A stretch of DNA of 64,000 bases from Rhodosorus marinus CCMP1338 (lineage: Eukaryota > Plantae > Rhodophyta): assembly GCA_029953675.1 (NCBI GenBank), contig JAMWBK010000003.1:1240001-1304000 (forward strand), given 5' to 3'. Positions 45,184 through 57,773 of the stretch are shown piece by piece. Positions within the stretch are counted from its first letter, which is position 1. Each line of letters opens with the position of its first letter. The notes under the pieces are model-generated. The model saw only the letters and a program-made list of their open reading frames with translations. It did no database searches and was not told where the DNA came from. The translations under genes and the position numbers were made by a program.

Positions 45184-48023
45184 ATGATTAATGAAGTAGA
45201 TTCCGGGGATGTAAGTCCGGCGAACGTGGTGAGAATTCTTGTTTCAACTGACAACCACCTCGGATATGCGGAAAAGCATGGAACGAGAGGGGTGGACTCC
45301 TTTCTTGCGTTTGAGGAAGTGCTCAGGACAGCAAAAGAGCAGCGCGCAGACTTCCTTCTGCTCGGAGGGGATCTGTTCCACGACAATAAGCCGTCCCGGA
45401 ACACAACGTTTAGGTGCATGTCTCTACTCCGAAAGTACTGCTTCGGGGATGATCCGGTTTCTGTACACTTTTGCTCGGATCCAGGGAAGGTGTTCGATGG
45501 CGATAACCAAACCGTCAACTACATGGATCCGTTCCTGAGCATTTCGCTGCCCATATTCACGATCCATGGGAATCACGATGATCCAACTGGCTCGCTCGGA
45601 CCTAGGCAGCTTTCAAGTGTGGACCTTCTCCACTCAGCTGGAATGCTAAATTATTTCGGAAAGGTCTACGATAGCAAGAGCATATCCATCGAGCCCATTC
45701 TCTTGCGAAAGGGCAGTTCCTGCATAGCCCTGTACGGCCTTGGCAACGTGAGGGATGAGCGTCTCTATACAACTTGGAAGGACGAGAACAATGTGCAGTG
45801 GAAGCGTCCGCAGGTGGGAAGTACATGGAACACGTAGCTCAATGATCCAGGTGGAGCTCACCTTGGAGAATCGCTCAAACGTTTCGGTTGTGGACACGTT
45901 GCCAGGCAGTGGACGCTGTAAACCCAGAGGCCTGGTTTAACATCTTTGTGCTGCATCAAAATCGAGTCCAGCGGGGAACCACGCACCATGTTACAGAGTC
46001 TATGCTTCCGTCTTGGCTGGATTTTGTAATCTGGGGACACGAGCATGAGTGTCGTATTGATTTGGAAGGTGGTACCGATGGCCCCGTCATAACGCAGCCA
46101 GGCTCGACCGTTGCAACCTCTATGATAGAGGGGGAATCAAAAGGTGGGGTCGTTAGCGACGGGACAAGAGACCAACCTACCTTAGGTCTTGAGAGTGCTA
46201 GCAGTCCGTGATGACGTCCTCATTCATACAGACGCTTCTCGTAGACGGATTCCCAACAAATCCGCTCAAATAGAACTGTGCCTTTCTCACGCGATACTGA
46301 AACCTTCTATCCCTTCGACTCGCAGAGAAATGCGTGGGCCTGCTCGAGGTCTTCCAGGATCAGTTTAAGTGGACCAAGTTGCCCCTCAAGAACGTTCGCA
46401 AGTTTCACATTGACGATGTTGTTCTCTCCGAACAGTCATCACTACATCCAGCGAAACCGATGGAAGTATGAACACCCCACGCGTTGATGTCATGTCCACC
46501 CTCAGTCCCACTTTTGCTTTTTGCTCGATACGAATGGTTCCAAGCTCTGTGTTGCACTCCTATTCTAAATCACGTCCTTCTGTGCGTACGAAAGGTTGAG
46601 GCGTTCCTTCGAGCTAAAGTGGAGCAAATGCTCATTGACGCCGAGACTGAATTTGACCGTAGCGGACCGATACTGGATGACAGACTTAGACAACCTCTCA
46701 TCAGACTTCGCGTGGATTACTCGGGCGGGTTTGAGATTGTGTCACCGCAACGGTTCGGACAGGAGTATATTGGCCGTATTGCAAACTCTTCTGACATTCT
46801 TCTGTTTCATAAGCGGAAAACATCACCCACACCGTACGAATCAGCAATTGCTTTCAGATTTTTTGCAATTTCGCCGAGCAAAGTCTTTGGGCTCACTAGG
46901 TCAACTCTGCAACACTCCGCACTACTTTATCTGGCATGCAGGCGAAGGCAGTTCATCAAGGGAATGCTGAGCGACGTTCAAAGTGCTGGCAACGACCAGG
47001 AAGACGTTCAGGTGCCGGATCTCGTTCGGCAGTTCTTGGAAAAGCAAGAAAATTTGGAAATACTGCCAGTTTCCGGCTTGAACAGGTATTCCTTCATCCG
47101 CGGAAGTCAATCTGTAGCCTTGTCTGTACTAGAATCTGGTGGACATCAGGTGCAGTGTTTGGGTGTTCAGACTTGCTTTCTGATCAAAAGGTTTTCGATG
47201 GAAACGCACTCCTAGTGCTGTGGATCGCTTCGTCACAAAGACTGAGCCCCATGCTATTGTAGACTATGTGGAGTCACAGCTGAAGGAGGCGCAGAAGGTG
47301 GTTAAAAAGGAGCGAGAGGACGCTCCGACGTTGGACGCTAGTGAAATTACATATATTTGCGAGCGGCTGGTACGATCCACTGAGGTGTCTCCAACTCCGA
47401 GGTACGTCCGAGTTTGCTGAGAACGCTGCGGAAATAGTAATTCCACCAATGTCGCTGGTTTTGAGGGTTAGACGATGATCGCTAGTGCAAGTTTCCGAGT
47501 AGAAGTTCCTGCGCTGATTCCATGCACTGGATTTCTCCCTATACACTGCTGCGTTGTTATTGTAATTTTTAGATTGTCCCCAGCTGGAACAGGAGTGGAC
47601 GCTCTGATGGACACAGCGCCGGTCGCCGCAGATGAGCAGTGCAGCTCCGAGGCTGAGTCACCCCATACAACTAGAAGAAGTTCGCGTCAAACCACCCGAA
47701 AAGCGTCAATTGCTAGAGTTCGGAGCGGGAAGGCCAGTCAAAGGCACGACGTCGGGAAACCGCAATCGAGGCGAGCCCCAGCGTCCCGTACGCCTGGTCG
47801 AGCTCGCTCGAGAGCTTCGGAGCTAGCACTGGAAACAGAGACTGCGAGAGAGGAGAGCGAGACTAGGAGGGAAGATGATAGCGAGGGTTCTTCCGGCGAT
47901 GAAGCCGTGGATAACGCACGGGGATCTAGGAAACGAGGACCGAAGGGGTTCAAGTCCTCAAGGTCTGCGCGCCGGAGGAATGCCGGTTCTGGGTCATTAC
48001 ACAGTCGCTATGATATTGACTAG
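45184..48023 (+). CDS. MRE11: MRE11 double-strand break repair nuclease (multi-exon; later exon boundaries approximate)
   Basis: Phosphoesterase motifs TDNHLG, GGDLFH, IHGNHDD, LHQN and WGHEH. Capping domain PLIRLRVDYSGG...PQRFG...IAN..DILLFHK. Basic/acidic C-terminal tail. Confidence 0.95.
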
Positions 48024-48210
48024 CTACGAACGGAACGACAAATCCAGCGCCATGGACTAGTCGTACTGAGAGCGTAAGAAGCAAAACCGACACAGAGCGT
48101 TGTATACAACGATATATCCTTCCAAACAAGACAGCGCTTTCCCTATGAAATCCACTGCACTTCGTCAACGATCATGCTACTACGTTGTACTCATTGAACA
48201 AAATTAAAAG

Positions 48211-50564
48211 CTATGCAGCCGGATCTACTATGGCTGCGGCAATCCCCCCAAGCCCAGCTTTGGCACCATCGGCAAGATCGAAGTCTTCTGTCATCATAGC
48301 AATGAACTCTGCATAGTCAATCTGTCCATCGTTATTCTTGTCGCTTTCAGCAATCATCTGCTTGGCGGCCTCCTCGGTAACATGCATGTCCCCCAGTGCC
48401 GCCATGACCTGTTCAAAAACATTCATTGCGGGCTCCTACGTTAAGGCCTCGGTCTACAAATCTCAACCTCGTATGGCTTGAGTGGAGCAGGGCAAACCTC
48501 ATCAACGGAAATGTTCCCGTCACCGTTGCGATCGAGTTTGGCGAAAGCCATTTTGATATTTTCCAGGGTTCTTACTCGGCTGAGGTCAATAGTAGCTGCA
48601 AGAAACTCCTCATAGTCGATCTCACCGTTTTCTACGTTGGTAGAAAAGTTCAGAAATTAATTGGGTTCATAACGGAGCATGATCTCGCAATGCCTAGCGT
48701 TGGGTTCGGTCACAAACTCACCGTCAACATCGTACGCGCTCCATATCCTTTGGAGTTCTTCCTCATCAATTTCAAGCTGGAGTCTGTCCAGGACCTTTCT
48801 CATCTCGGCCAAGGAAAGGAGGCCAGAATTATCTTCGTCCGCCCTTTCAAAGGCCTGAGGAAACGAACGCGTCATGGAATTTCAGTTCTCCTCTTCGATC
48901 ATTGCTGAGCTTCATGGCTTCCGAGCCAGTTCTTTCTCAAAAAACCTGATCAACTTCGGTGGAACTTTGAGCTAGTAAAGCGTACCTTCTTCACCTTCTC
49001 GATGTCCTCTAGGGGAAGGTTAGTCGCCATCATTTGGATTGCCCTCTTCTTGAGCTTGTTCATTTCCGTAAAAGTTTTGAGATTCTCAAATACTGATTGA
49101 ACCAATGGGGACGTCGGTGCTCCATTGGGAGCAAGCCAAGGGTGTTCTGCGGTTCATTGTTGGCGAACGCAGAAATCTCCTCAGCGAAACAGCTTTCGGG
49201 TCTGTTAGGTTCAGTGCAGCCGCTTACCAAGAAGTTCTGCTGCTGTAGGTCTAAAGTATGGATCGTAAGTTAACATCTTGTTTACAATGTCTTTTGCGCT
49301 TTCGCTGATCGCTTCCCATGCCGGGTGTTTCATATCGTACTTTCCAGCTAAAGTCGCGTCAAGTATTTTTTGTAGCGTTTTTCCATGGAATGGCAGTCTT
49401 CCCGATAGCATAACGTAAGTTATCACGCCTAGCAACAACAGCAATCTTCAGGTAATCAATGCAACGCCTTGGCGAAAGAGGCGGGAGCGCACCTGTCGAC
49501 CAGATATCACATTTCTCGTCATAGAATTTTCTCAGCACTTCAGGGGCTATATACAGGGGAGTTCCGCAGGGTAGATTAAACTTATTCCCCTGCGTGTAAA
49601 ATGCAGCTAGGCCGAAGTCCGTTGCCTTCAGAACCTCGCCAGTTTCGTCGAAAAGGAAGTTTTCCGGTTTCAAATCCCTGTGTACCACCCCTACGGGAAG
49701 CGCAGGCGTCCTCATCTAAGCTCGCTGAAACCCTGAACTCGTTTCTTCTCCAGGGTATCTTGATATGCACATACCAGTCTCATTGAAAAACTTTATCGCT
49801 TCCAGCATCACACGGCAGCGCTTTGCCGCGTCTGCCTCGGAATAGCGTCCTGATCATGTTTGAAATGAAGAATTTCAGATCTAAGACTGGGCTGGCAAAA
49901 CCGCTTTAGCATTATCCACCGGCAGTGGATGAGATTTTTCGGTGACCTACCTTGTTTGATAAGGCTGTTAAACATGTCCCCTCCAGTGCAGAGTTCAAGC
50001 GCTACATAGACGTTCTCCCCGTCCTCGAAATAATCCATGATCTCAACGACGTGTGGGTGTCCGTTGAGAACTTGCATTACTCTGATCTCATTCCTTACTG
50101 CGATCTTGTCCTTATCATTGAGTATTTTAGCTGTGGAAAGAAATTCACGAAGTACCGCACGTAAGACAATAAGACTGGGTTTGTGGGGTCAACTTGGTCC
50201 GTACATGTTTTGAACACGCTTACACTTAGGCAACCTCTTCAGGGCCACAAGCTTTTTGTTCTTCTTGTCATAGGCTTCGTATACAACCCCAAAGCCTCCT
50301 TCTCCAAGCTTCTTGTGGATATCATACTCGTCGAGATTCCGACCAGTGGTCTCTTTCAGAACCTGCGACATTATCAGTGGTTGGTGTATACGCTTGTCAC
50401 TCGATCAAATCTGGTAGTAACGAGACGTTTTGCTCGGCAGTTTCTCTTACTCTCCTTTGTACTCTTTGCGGACTTTTTGGAGTAGGCGGCCTCAAGTTCT
50501 CCTGAACTCCTGTAGCGGAGTTTGCAGCGTCCCCCTCCTCACTCTTTGATCCGATGCATCCCAT
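48211..50564 (-). CDS. Calcium-dependent protein kinase (CDPK) 1, multi-exon
   Basis: N-terminal MGCIGSK. Kinase motifs [20 protein letters not shown] and GTPLYIAPE. Junction MNKLKKRA. Four EF-hands: DEDNSG, DVDENG, DRNGDG, DKNNDG. Confidence 0.93.
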
Positions 50565-51545
50565 GCTTAGGATTCAGAAGTTCTTCCTCGCAAGATCGAT
50601 TCCGCTGGCGTAAGATCAATCACTTGCTAGACCTGATGCGTTGGCGTATCCCAGCAGAATTCATCGGCCTGCGCAAGAGTTGTTTTGAATGTGATGATTC
50701 CCATGTAGCAGAGACAATAAACTGTTTAACGTAGCTTCAAGAAACCCGAGACTAGCGTAAATCTTGCTCGGCCCTCTATCCGAGCGCGGATTAATTTTCA
50801 TTTTTGGTTCTTTGACTCCAATGCTGTGCAGATTATGACGTGAGCCCAGTATTATCGAACTTTTGAAAGTTCGATAATACTCAAATTTTGTAATTTTTTA
50901 TTTTTTGCCTCGTTTTCTGTTCATCTTCGGTTAACAGAAGATTCCCACACGCAGGGCTTAGTTGTGAGCCATACCAAGGGTCGCAAGAGGGAATCTCCGA
51001 TGTATGGGAACTCATGGAGTGCATAGCTGCGACCAATCCTTCTTGGGTTGTCTATTGGAGCGACTAGCTCCTGCTTAGCTCAAACTGTAGTGCAAGGATG
51101 AAAGCGACGCGGAATTCTTCTTCGCTAGGCAGGAATTCGAACAAACTCATCAAAGTACAAACACAAAGATTGGCCCGGTCAACTTGTTCATTAATTGTTC
51201 CCCTGAGTCCTCGAACAACGCGAACCCTATTCACTGGCATGCTTTCATACCCAAGGAGCCTCAATCGAATGCCTTATCTTGAGACCAGCACCCTCATACA
51301 GGGCATATAAATTTGGCCCTCCTCATAAATTACATATCAGTTTAATCAGAGGCTAAGGTCCTCGAATAAGGTACCCCAGGCCACAGGCAAGAGCGCGTTT
51401 CCAGATCAAAAGCCGCGTTTACAGAACCAGAGTTCCAGCATAGCAGAGAGTCAGACTCAAACAGGCACACTCCTGATAACAGCGTTGCCGGGGAAGCCTC
51501 TTCATCCGCTTGCTGTGGTTAGCATGGAACTCCTGTAGGCTGGGT

Positions 51546-51581
51546 TAACCTCGCCATTAAGTTCAGATAATGGCGAGGTTA
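51546..51581. repeat. Perfect 14-bp inverted repeat with an 8-nt loop
   Basis: taacctcgccatta-agttcaga-taatggcgaggtta. Confidence 0.95.
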
Positions 51582-52145
51582 GAAATTGGGTCCCGTTTGG
51601 AGTAGGCAACTGGCCAGTTCACGTTCCGAACGGTTGTTGAAAGTTGAAACCTTGCCGAGCTGTTGCTGTTCCCTGCCCGGTTGAGCTGCAGGCCCCCACT
51701 TTTGCGCGAATGTCCTGGTCCTTAAACACGCTCGTCTTGTTCCAATGGTTCAGGACTTTATGAGCAAGAGCGGTTTATGCCTCCGAATTCTGCTTATGTT
51801 TTAAGCTGACCGTCAACAACCTACGAAACCAGATACGATTTATCAGTGCCTGCGACATCCACCCTGCTGAACTGCTTATGCTGTGACTTTTAACGCTGAG
51901 CCAAGAGCGCTCTTGTCACACAGTCAAACGTAACATATTGTTGGAGGGGGAGGACCCATCGGTTTGTAGAATCCTGGAGAAAATTAATAGGTATATACTT
52001 TTTGCGTACCATAAGTCTGAGGTATATTTCAAATATCAGTTCAATTTATTTCGCGGTTTTTCTGACATACCAGAGAGGCGGGCTAGTCTTAAGGTTGTCG
52101 CAGCGGTGGGTACAAAAAACTAAATACCAACAAATATACCTCTAT

Positions 52146-52264
52146 CTATTTGTCGCCTATGAACGCTGCTTTGATGTTGGCGGCGCGGTATCTTCTCCGC
52201 TTCGTCTTTTTTTTCCCCTCGAGGTTTTTTTCTTTCAGCCTCCGATTAAGCAAAATTCATTCAT
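52146..52264 (+). mobile_element. CRE-like 3' tail (subfamily 1)
   Basis: cctatgaacgctgctttgatgttggcggcgcg...ttttctttcagcctccgattaagcaaaattcattcat. Confidence 0.85.
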
Positions 52265-52429
52265 GCTTATATCGGACATGACCCGATTCCGAGGATTTGG
52301 CGATAGTCATCGGCGCATATTTTCAAAATCCTGGCGATTGACCAAAAAAGCGGCGAAAACTAGACACCGATCAGAAAATCATGAACACCGACCACGCCAA
52401 ACGTCACTCTTTTCGCCACCACCACCTCA

Positions 52430-52860
52430 AATGGTACGAAAGTCCCTTTTTGTTGCCGAGCGGGCATGGAAGGGCTTTTCCGCTGTAAAACGAGGTGTAT
52501 TCCAGTACTTTCCAGGTATTGATTGATCATATCTGGCGTTCTGCGATATTGACTGAACTTGTGTGTGGCAATGCATACAATTCTTGCAGATTCGGCCCCT
52601 CAGGAGTACACTCAATTCCAGCCCGAATCGAGCACTATTGGTGCGGAATGAGAAGCCGTCCTGAGCTCTCAAACAGCTGTTTATTCTTGTCCGACTCTTG
52701 ACTCCGGTGCGAGCTGGGGCATATATTCTCGAACACTCTGTAAAGCTTAGTTTGTTCCCTTGAACTACATACACACACAAACCTTGTTGATAGAAAAACT
52801 GCGTTGCACTCGCAATCGGTATTGATTCATTCATAGATGCATCCCGATTCCAGCTCGCCT
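52430..52860 (-). mobile_element. Decayed hAT remnant related to 16540-17290
   Basis: Shares caattcttgcagatt(c/t)ggcc...ctcaattc(c/a)agcccg and cgattccagctcg with 17010-17280. Translation includes GPNLQELY. Confidence 0.65.
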
Positions 52861-53269
52861 AGGGGGTATTCAGGGATAAATACTAGTAGATTGAAAATAC
52901 CTATAGGTGGTATTTATTTTCTTCGTGACAACCTTTGTTTTCTAAACAGATTCCGCTCATGTAGAGAAGTGTCATTGAAGAAACTTTGGACCCAGATTTT
53001 ATAGTGTGATACGTATAAATAGCAGAGGTAGAAACAGAGCCGAACGAGACTATCGTATTGTTTATAGTTATTATGCATCAGACCTTGGTCGCAGGAATTC
53101 GACACTACCAAACTAGATGCTGGGACTGTTCAACGAGGCTGCAAAATAGATGCAAGCGACGCTGACTTGTAGTATTCGTGGATGCTTTGTGGGCTTTGGT
53201 GGGGAGCTTGTTTTCGTTTGCATAGCGTTCTGTAACTATTTTTTTCGGGTTCGTCTATATTCTACAGGT

Positions 53270-53913
53270 ATGTTCAACATAACCGAGTCCAAAACCTTCA
53301 ATGAGGCATTGGAAATGTCTTTCAAGAAAATTGATAAGGACAAGTCCGGGCAGGTAAATAGCAGGGAGCTCTCTTCTGGATTGAACTTCATATACGCGTA
53401 AGCACTCAAGCATGAAACCTCCAGTCTAGTTTTGTACGGTCCGTTTTACTAACGAACTGAGTCACTGCCGTGAATAAACCTTGTCGCCAACCGATTTTCC
53501 AAATCCGCGAAACTGATCCGTGCCTAATACTGAACGCAGCCAGCTAGGCAAGCGGCTCCCGGGGAAACTGGCAACTCCGCCAACGGCGGCTCAGGTTGAA
53601 GAGAGTTTCCGGGTGAGTTGGTATGGCATGAATTCTATGAAGTGGGAAACCATCACCATTCTGAGCTACTCTTCCCCACGCCTGGCGTAGAAATTTGACC
53701 GCGACTCTAATGGGGAGTTGGACTACGAGGAGTATAAGGGTTTTATGGTACACTGGTACGCACCATTTGCGGTTTTCCAAAACGAACGAGAAAATGCGTT
53801 GTGTTCGTCACATCCTAGCAACAATCTTGACGTGTGACTCCTGAAGGCTTGTTTGCGCCTTTCACATTCATACCAGGTTCAAGGATTTGTTCAAGCGCAG
53901 CCTGCACGTCTGA
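53270..53913 (+). pseudogene. Two-EF-hand protein, copy A; apparently frameshifted and C-terminally short
   Basis: Same exon layout as copy B, with loops DKDKSGQVNSRE and DRDSNGELDYEE. Exon 2 changes frame at ccccgggg (53558-53565) relative to copy B. The last exon ends FKDLFKRSLHV*. Confidence 0.6.
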
Positions 53914-55348
53914 GTAGTATCCTAGAACTTGAAAAAGGGAGGGCTACCAGAGACGCAGCCCGACGTTGATGGAGATAGTCTCCGATATGGACCAATTGGA
54001 CAATCCACGGGTCCCCGTTTTATTCTTTTGAACGAAGATGGCACCATGGTAGCCGGTTTAACCTGACAGTTCCCCTTAGAAAGTTATAGACCCCAGTGGT
54101 GGCGCTGGGTAGGCAGCTGCCCAGTAAAGGTTACGGCTACAATACGTGCGGAATGCATGGATGTGCTGAATCGACGAATGGGTTGAGAGCCATTGAGTGC
54201 TCATCAATAGTGGCCAATCAATTGTTCCCAGTCTTGCAACCCCTACCTCGCTACAACGTTCCTGGCATACCATAGCAAACGGCAATAGACAAATGAAGGG
54301 AGAAGGTCAAGCTACTACGGTTCGCATTATTTTTTTATCCCGAAAAATCGACACTGCGTAGATCCTCAGATTCGACTCCAACTGAACTGCGAAGCACACC
54401 TCAAAGGTCTCAAACGCGAAAGCGACGGAATTACATAGTCTGGTACTTTCTTGTAGCAATTAAACAAAAGGAACCGTGAAGGAACGCAGTTTAGCAGTGC
54501 GACCAAATTGGCGTCGCGAACAGAGCAAACGCTACGGCTCACTTTCCAGTTCCGTTGAACCAAAATCGGAACCGATTAGGTTCACAGCAAGCCTGACAGC
54601 CAGTTCAACGAGTCAAGAGCTCTTGCTTCTTCAGAAGGGGGGGGGGGGATCCAGGCTCTCCGCAAACACGACCTGCACCTCCTGCAGCTTTCTATGAGGG
54701 CTAATGTTCCCGTCCTACCGAAACATCTGCCGCCTCGTTCAGCACATGGAAATAACCGCCGAAGCCAATCCAGAGCGTGGAAAACACCCCATCAGCGACT
54801 TCCATCGCTGGCCTGCCCTGAAATCAATAGGAAAAGCTGCGCAGTTTGCGAGACCGATTAACGGCTCAAGTCAATCACTGTGAAACTTGCTCGTGTGGTG
54901 TACAATCGCGCAATCGCAAAATTTCAATTGATGGAGTAATTGTTGTATTGAATCAGCAATATTCATCGGAAATAAAGAACCTCAATATATCTGTCCAAGG
55001 GATCGCTGATTTTTGCTTGTTTGAGGAGCGAATCTCTGCTATGTCAGCTATTTTTATCTGCTATTGCCAGAGATCGTAAAACTTCCGTCAGCCTCGCGCG
55101 AATCGCATTGAAGAACATCCGATATCCCTTTTGCCCTTGCGCAACAGAAGCTGTCGTTGGGAGATCGCAACAGAAGCTGTCGTGTCGTGGGGAGATCGTG
55201 GGTCAGACCAGCAGCAGGGCGAGGTTGGAAACGAGTTTGAAGGGGTATTTTGGGACGAGGTTGAGACGAGACGAGCAAGGGAGTTTCAGCGCAGAGCTTT
55301 ATTCTGATTAGCGAGATTTCGCTCGTTCCATTCGAGTGCGGATCAATT

Positions 55349-56147
55349 ATGCTCAACATTGTTGACTCCGATTTCTTCAATAAGGCAGTGGAGCTGTCTT
55401 TCAAGAAAATTGATAAGGATAAGTCGGGGAAGATAAATCCCGATGAACTCTCGGCGGGGATGGTCTACATGTACTTGTAAGGTCCTAGTCATGAAATCTG
55501 TGGCCCCGTATTGTAAGGGATCGAGTTCACTAAGCGCCTCTGACTTGTAAGTTGCTCCTTTCTCCTGCTTCTTTACTCGGAAACTGTTGCTGCAGCCAAC
55601 TGAGCAAGCGGCTCCCCGGAATTGCAGATCCTCCTACTGTATCCCAAGTTGAGGAGAGCTTTAAGGTGAGTTGGAAAGAACTGCCAATCAGGGTTGAGTA
55701 GTCAACATCGAGGCTCCGCTGATATTCCCGTCCTGCACGCGATTGATAGAAATTTGACCGCGACGCAAGTGGAGACCTCGACTACAATGAGTACAAAGGG
55801 TTTGTCGTACAATGGTATGCGTTATACGAACATCCTGCAGTGCCCTGCGATCTAAGGATGGCTATTTCCGTTCTAGATATCACAAAGCTAGTGAGGGTAT
55901 CCTGAACGAACTATCCTTGCTTTTTCACTGACTACATAGGTTCCGCGACAACGGGATATACTTCACGGGTATGGTAGCAGCCAACATGCTCATAAATTTC
56001 ATTTTTATCCCGATGATAGCTGAGTCGATTCACGGGAAACTGGCTCTCAAGACCGCTGTGAACCATATCCCGAAGAAAGTCTTCACCCTCATATTCGCGG
56101 TTGTTTCTAAAGTATCCTTCAAAATGCTGCGTCGTATCGGTCAATAA
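55349..56147 (+). CDS. Two-EF-hand calcium-binding protein with a hydrophobic C-terminus, copy B (156 aa); exons 55349-55476, 55596-55665, 55750-55814, 55940-56147
   Basis: Loops DKDKSGKINPDE and DRDASGDLDYNE, linker KRLPGIADPPT. Exons sum to 471 nt in frame. Confidence 0.82.
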
Positions 56148-56278
56148 ATGTACGCTGGCTCGTTGTGGACCGGAGATTGGAATCTGATGGCATGCAAGAT
56201 CATCCTTCGTGCCTTTTCGCCGACACCTACGTGAGAGTAGGTGTCGGCGCAAACGACACCGCGCTCGGTTCCGATTGG

Positions 56279-56969
56279 CTAGCTAGCGATTTTAGCGGAT
56301 CCCAGCCTCGCCAGTTTCAAGAATGGTAATCCTTCACCGTATTCCAGTATGGAGACGGCGCACAGGCACACTGGTAGCATCTCGAAGAGAACCACCAATT
56401 TTGGTCTCTAAAGGTTGGCCGCGATGGGGATAGGTCCACTTCGTAGAACATCTCTCCGACGTACTGGGGTTGACTCTTTGGCGACATTCGTTCACCATGC
56501 TCGCAAGGGTCTGTATAATCTCGCTTCTCTTTAGCGCGGAGTGCCTTCGAGTATTGAGCACAACGGCAACTGACTTGGGCTCTTGATCGCGTCCGAAGTG
56601 GGCCCTGAAAGAGTCGTCCAGGCCGATTCGAATGGCCGGACACTGCACACATCACACGTGATTTCTACTGTGGTTATCCTGTGCACAAGAAGTATGCTTG
56701 TTTACGAACTAGCTGCTGATCCGTGTCCGCGCAGCTGATGTGAGCGCGAAGAGACCGAAGAAAAAGAAGCACCCGTCTCACACGGCTCAAGCCAGGCATC
56801 TCCAGAACTAGTCGAGCTGGAAACATCTTCTGCTGCTTTTTCGGAGGACCTCTATCGCTTACTTGGTTGCACTGATATCTCAGCGAAAACAACAAGAAAC
56901 AAAGAATCCATGGCAGTGTTTCTTCAAAATCTTCATGTCCACGCCAAGGGCTTCGTCTTGGTCGCTCAT
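56279..56969 (-). pseudogene. THUMP-domain (Tan1/THUMPD1-like) pseudogene
   Basis: GFFVSC, VAVVLNTRRHSALKRSEIIQTLASMV, EVDL and PKLVVLFEML...AVSIL fall in different frames. In-frame TGA at 56882-56880. Confidence 0.65.
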
Positions 56970-57773
56970 CTGAGCCTGTCGGCGAGCGCAACATTTTTGT
57001 TTTGCTATCGAATGTCTTCTTCACCAAGTCATTGCGAAAACAGCCACCGTCGAATCTCGCTAGGCGAGGTACGTATAAGGACCGTCCCTCTTCAGATTCT
57101 ACACTCGCAGTTAAGTGAAATAAACGATGCCAGATGCTTCACTTGAACAAGCGATGTCGGGTAACTCGTTCAAGGGGCAGGGCTGGTTCCAACCCGCTAC
57201 ATCAAATTCTGGTCGTCGTGAGGCATTGGAACGAGCTTAGACACAAGCAACGTACGGACTACCGTACTACCTTTAACAAAGTCATTCAAGTAGCTAAGCG
57301 GTGTCCATTCCACGGGTTTCCCTGAGTCGGCCAGAGTTTTCCTTCCAGGCCCTACACAGGCCTCGAAGGTCTCGTAAAACGGGCGCTATATATGCAAATA
57401 GAAATTGAACGCTTTAAAGCTCTCCCCACTGAACTGAAGACTGGTTAGCAGTGAGAGGGCATTGCAAAGTCCTGAGCATTTTCAGATTGCATGAGCATCG
57501 TGAGAGCTAAGAGTCGTTCCGTCATGTGGCGTGTTGCTAACCCGCTCATTGTTTCCGGTTGGAACGGTGTGTAAAGGGTAGCAGCGCATGAGCGAGGGGA
57601 AAGTTCAGGGTGGAACATGAGTGGACAGGCTGTTGACTAAGGACTTGTGGAGGAGGCCCTTTATTTTCTTGCTTCATTTTCCTTTTGAGATATAGTGTTG
57701 AGCAGCCGCGGGTTGGAAGTACGTGTACTGTCAGTAATAACCTGCGTTTTAGGTTTTTGTTTCGGTTGTTCTT

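Noticed and set aside
53558-53568. Programmed -1 frameshift at the GGGAAAC heptamer
   Set aside because: The heptamer is not in the frame of the upstream conserved residues, and the required shift is +1.
55141-55198. Two-copy ~27-bp tandem duplication (gcaacagaagctgtcgt...ggagatc)
   Set aside because: Ordinary slippage duplication with no evidence of function.
56880-56882. Selenocysteine or read-through at the in-frame TGA after GFFVSCCFR
   Set aside because: Additional downstream frameshifts indicate a pseudogene, and the position is not a conserved Cys.
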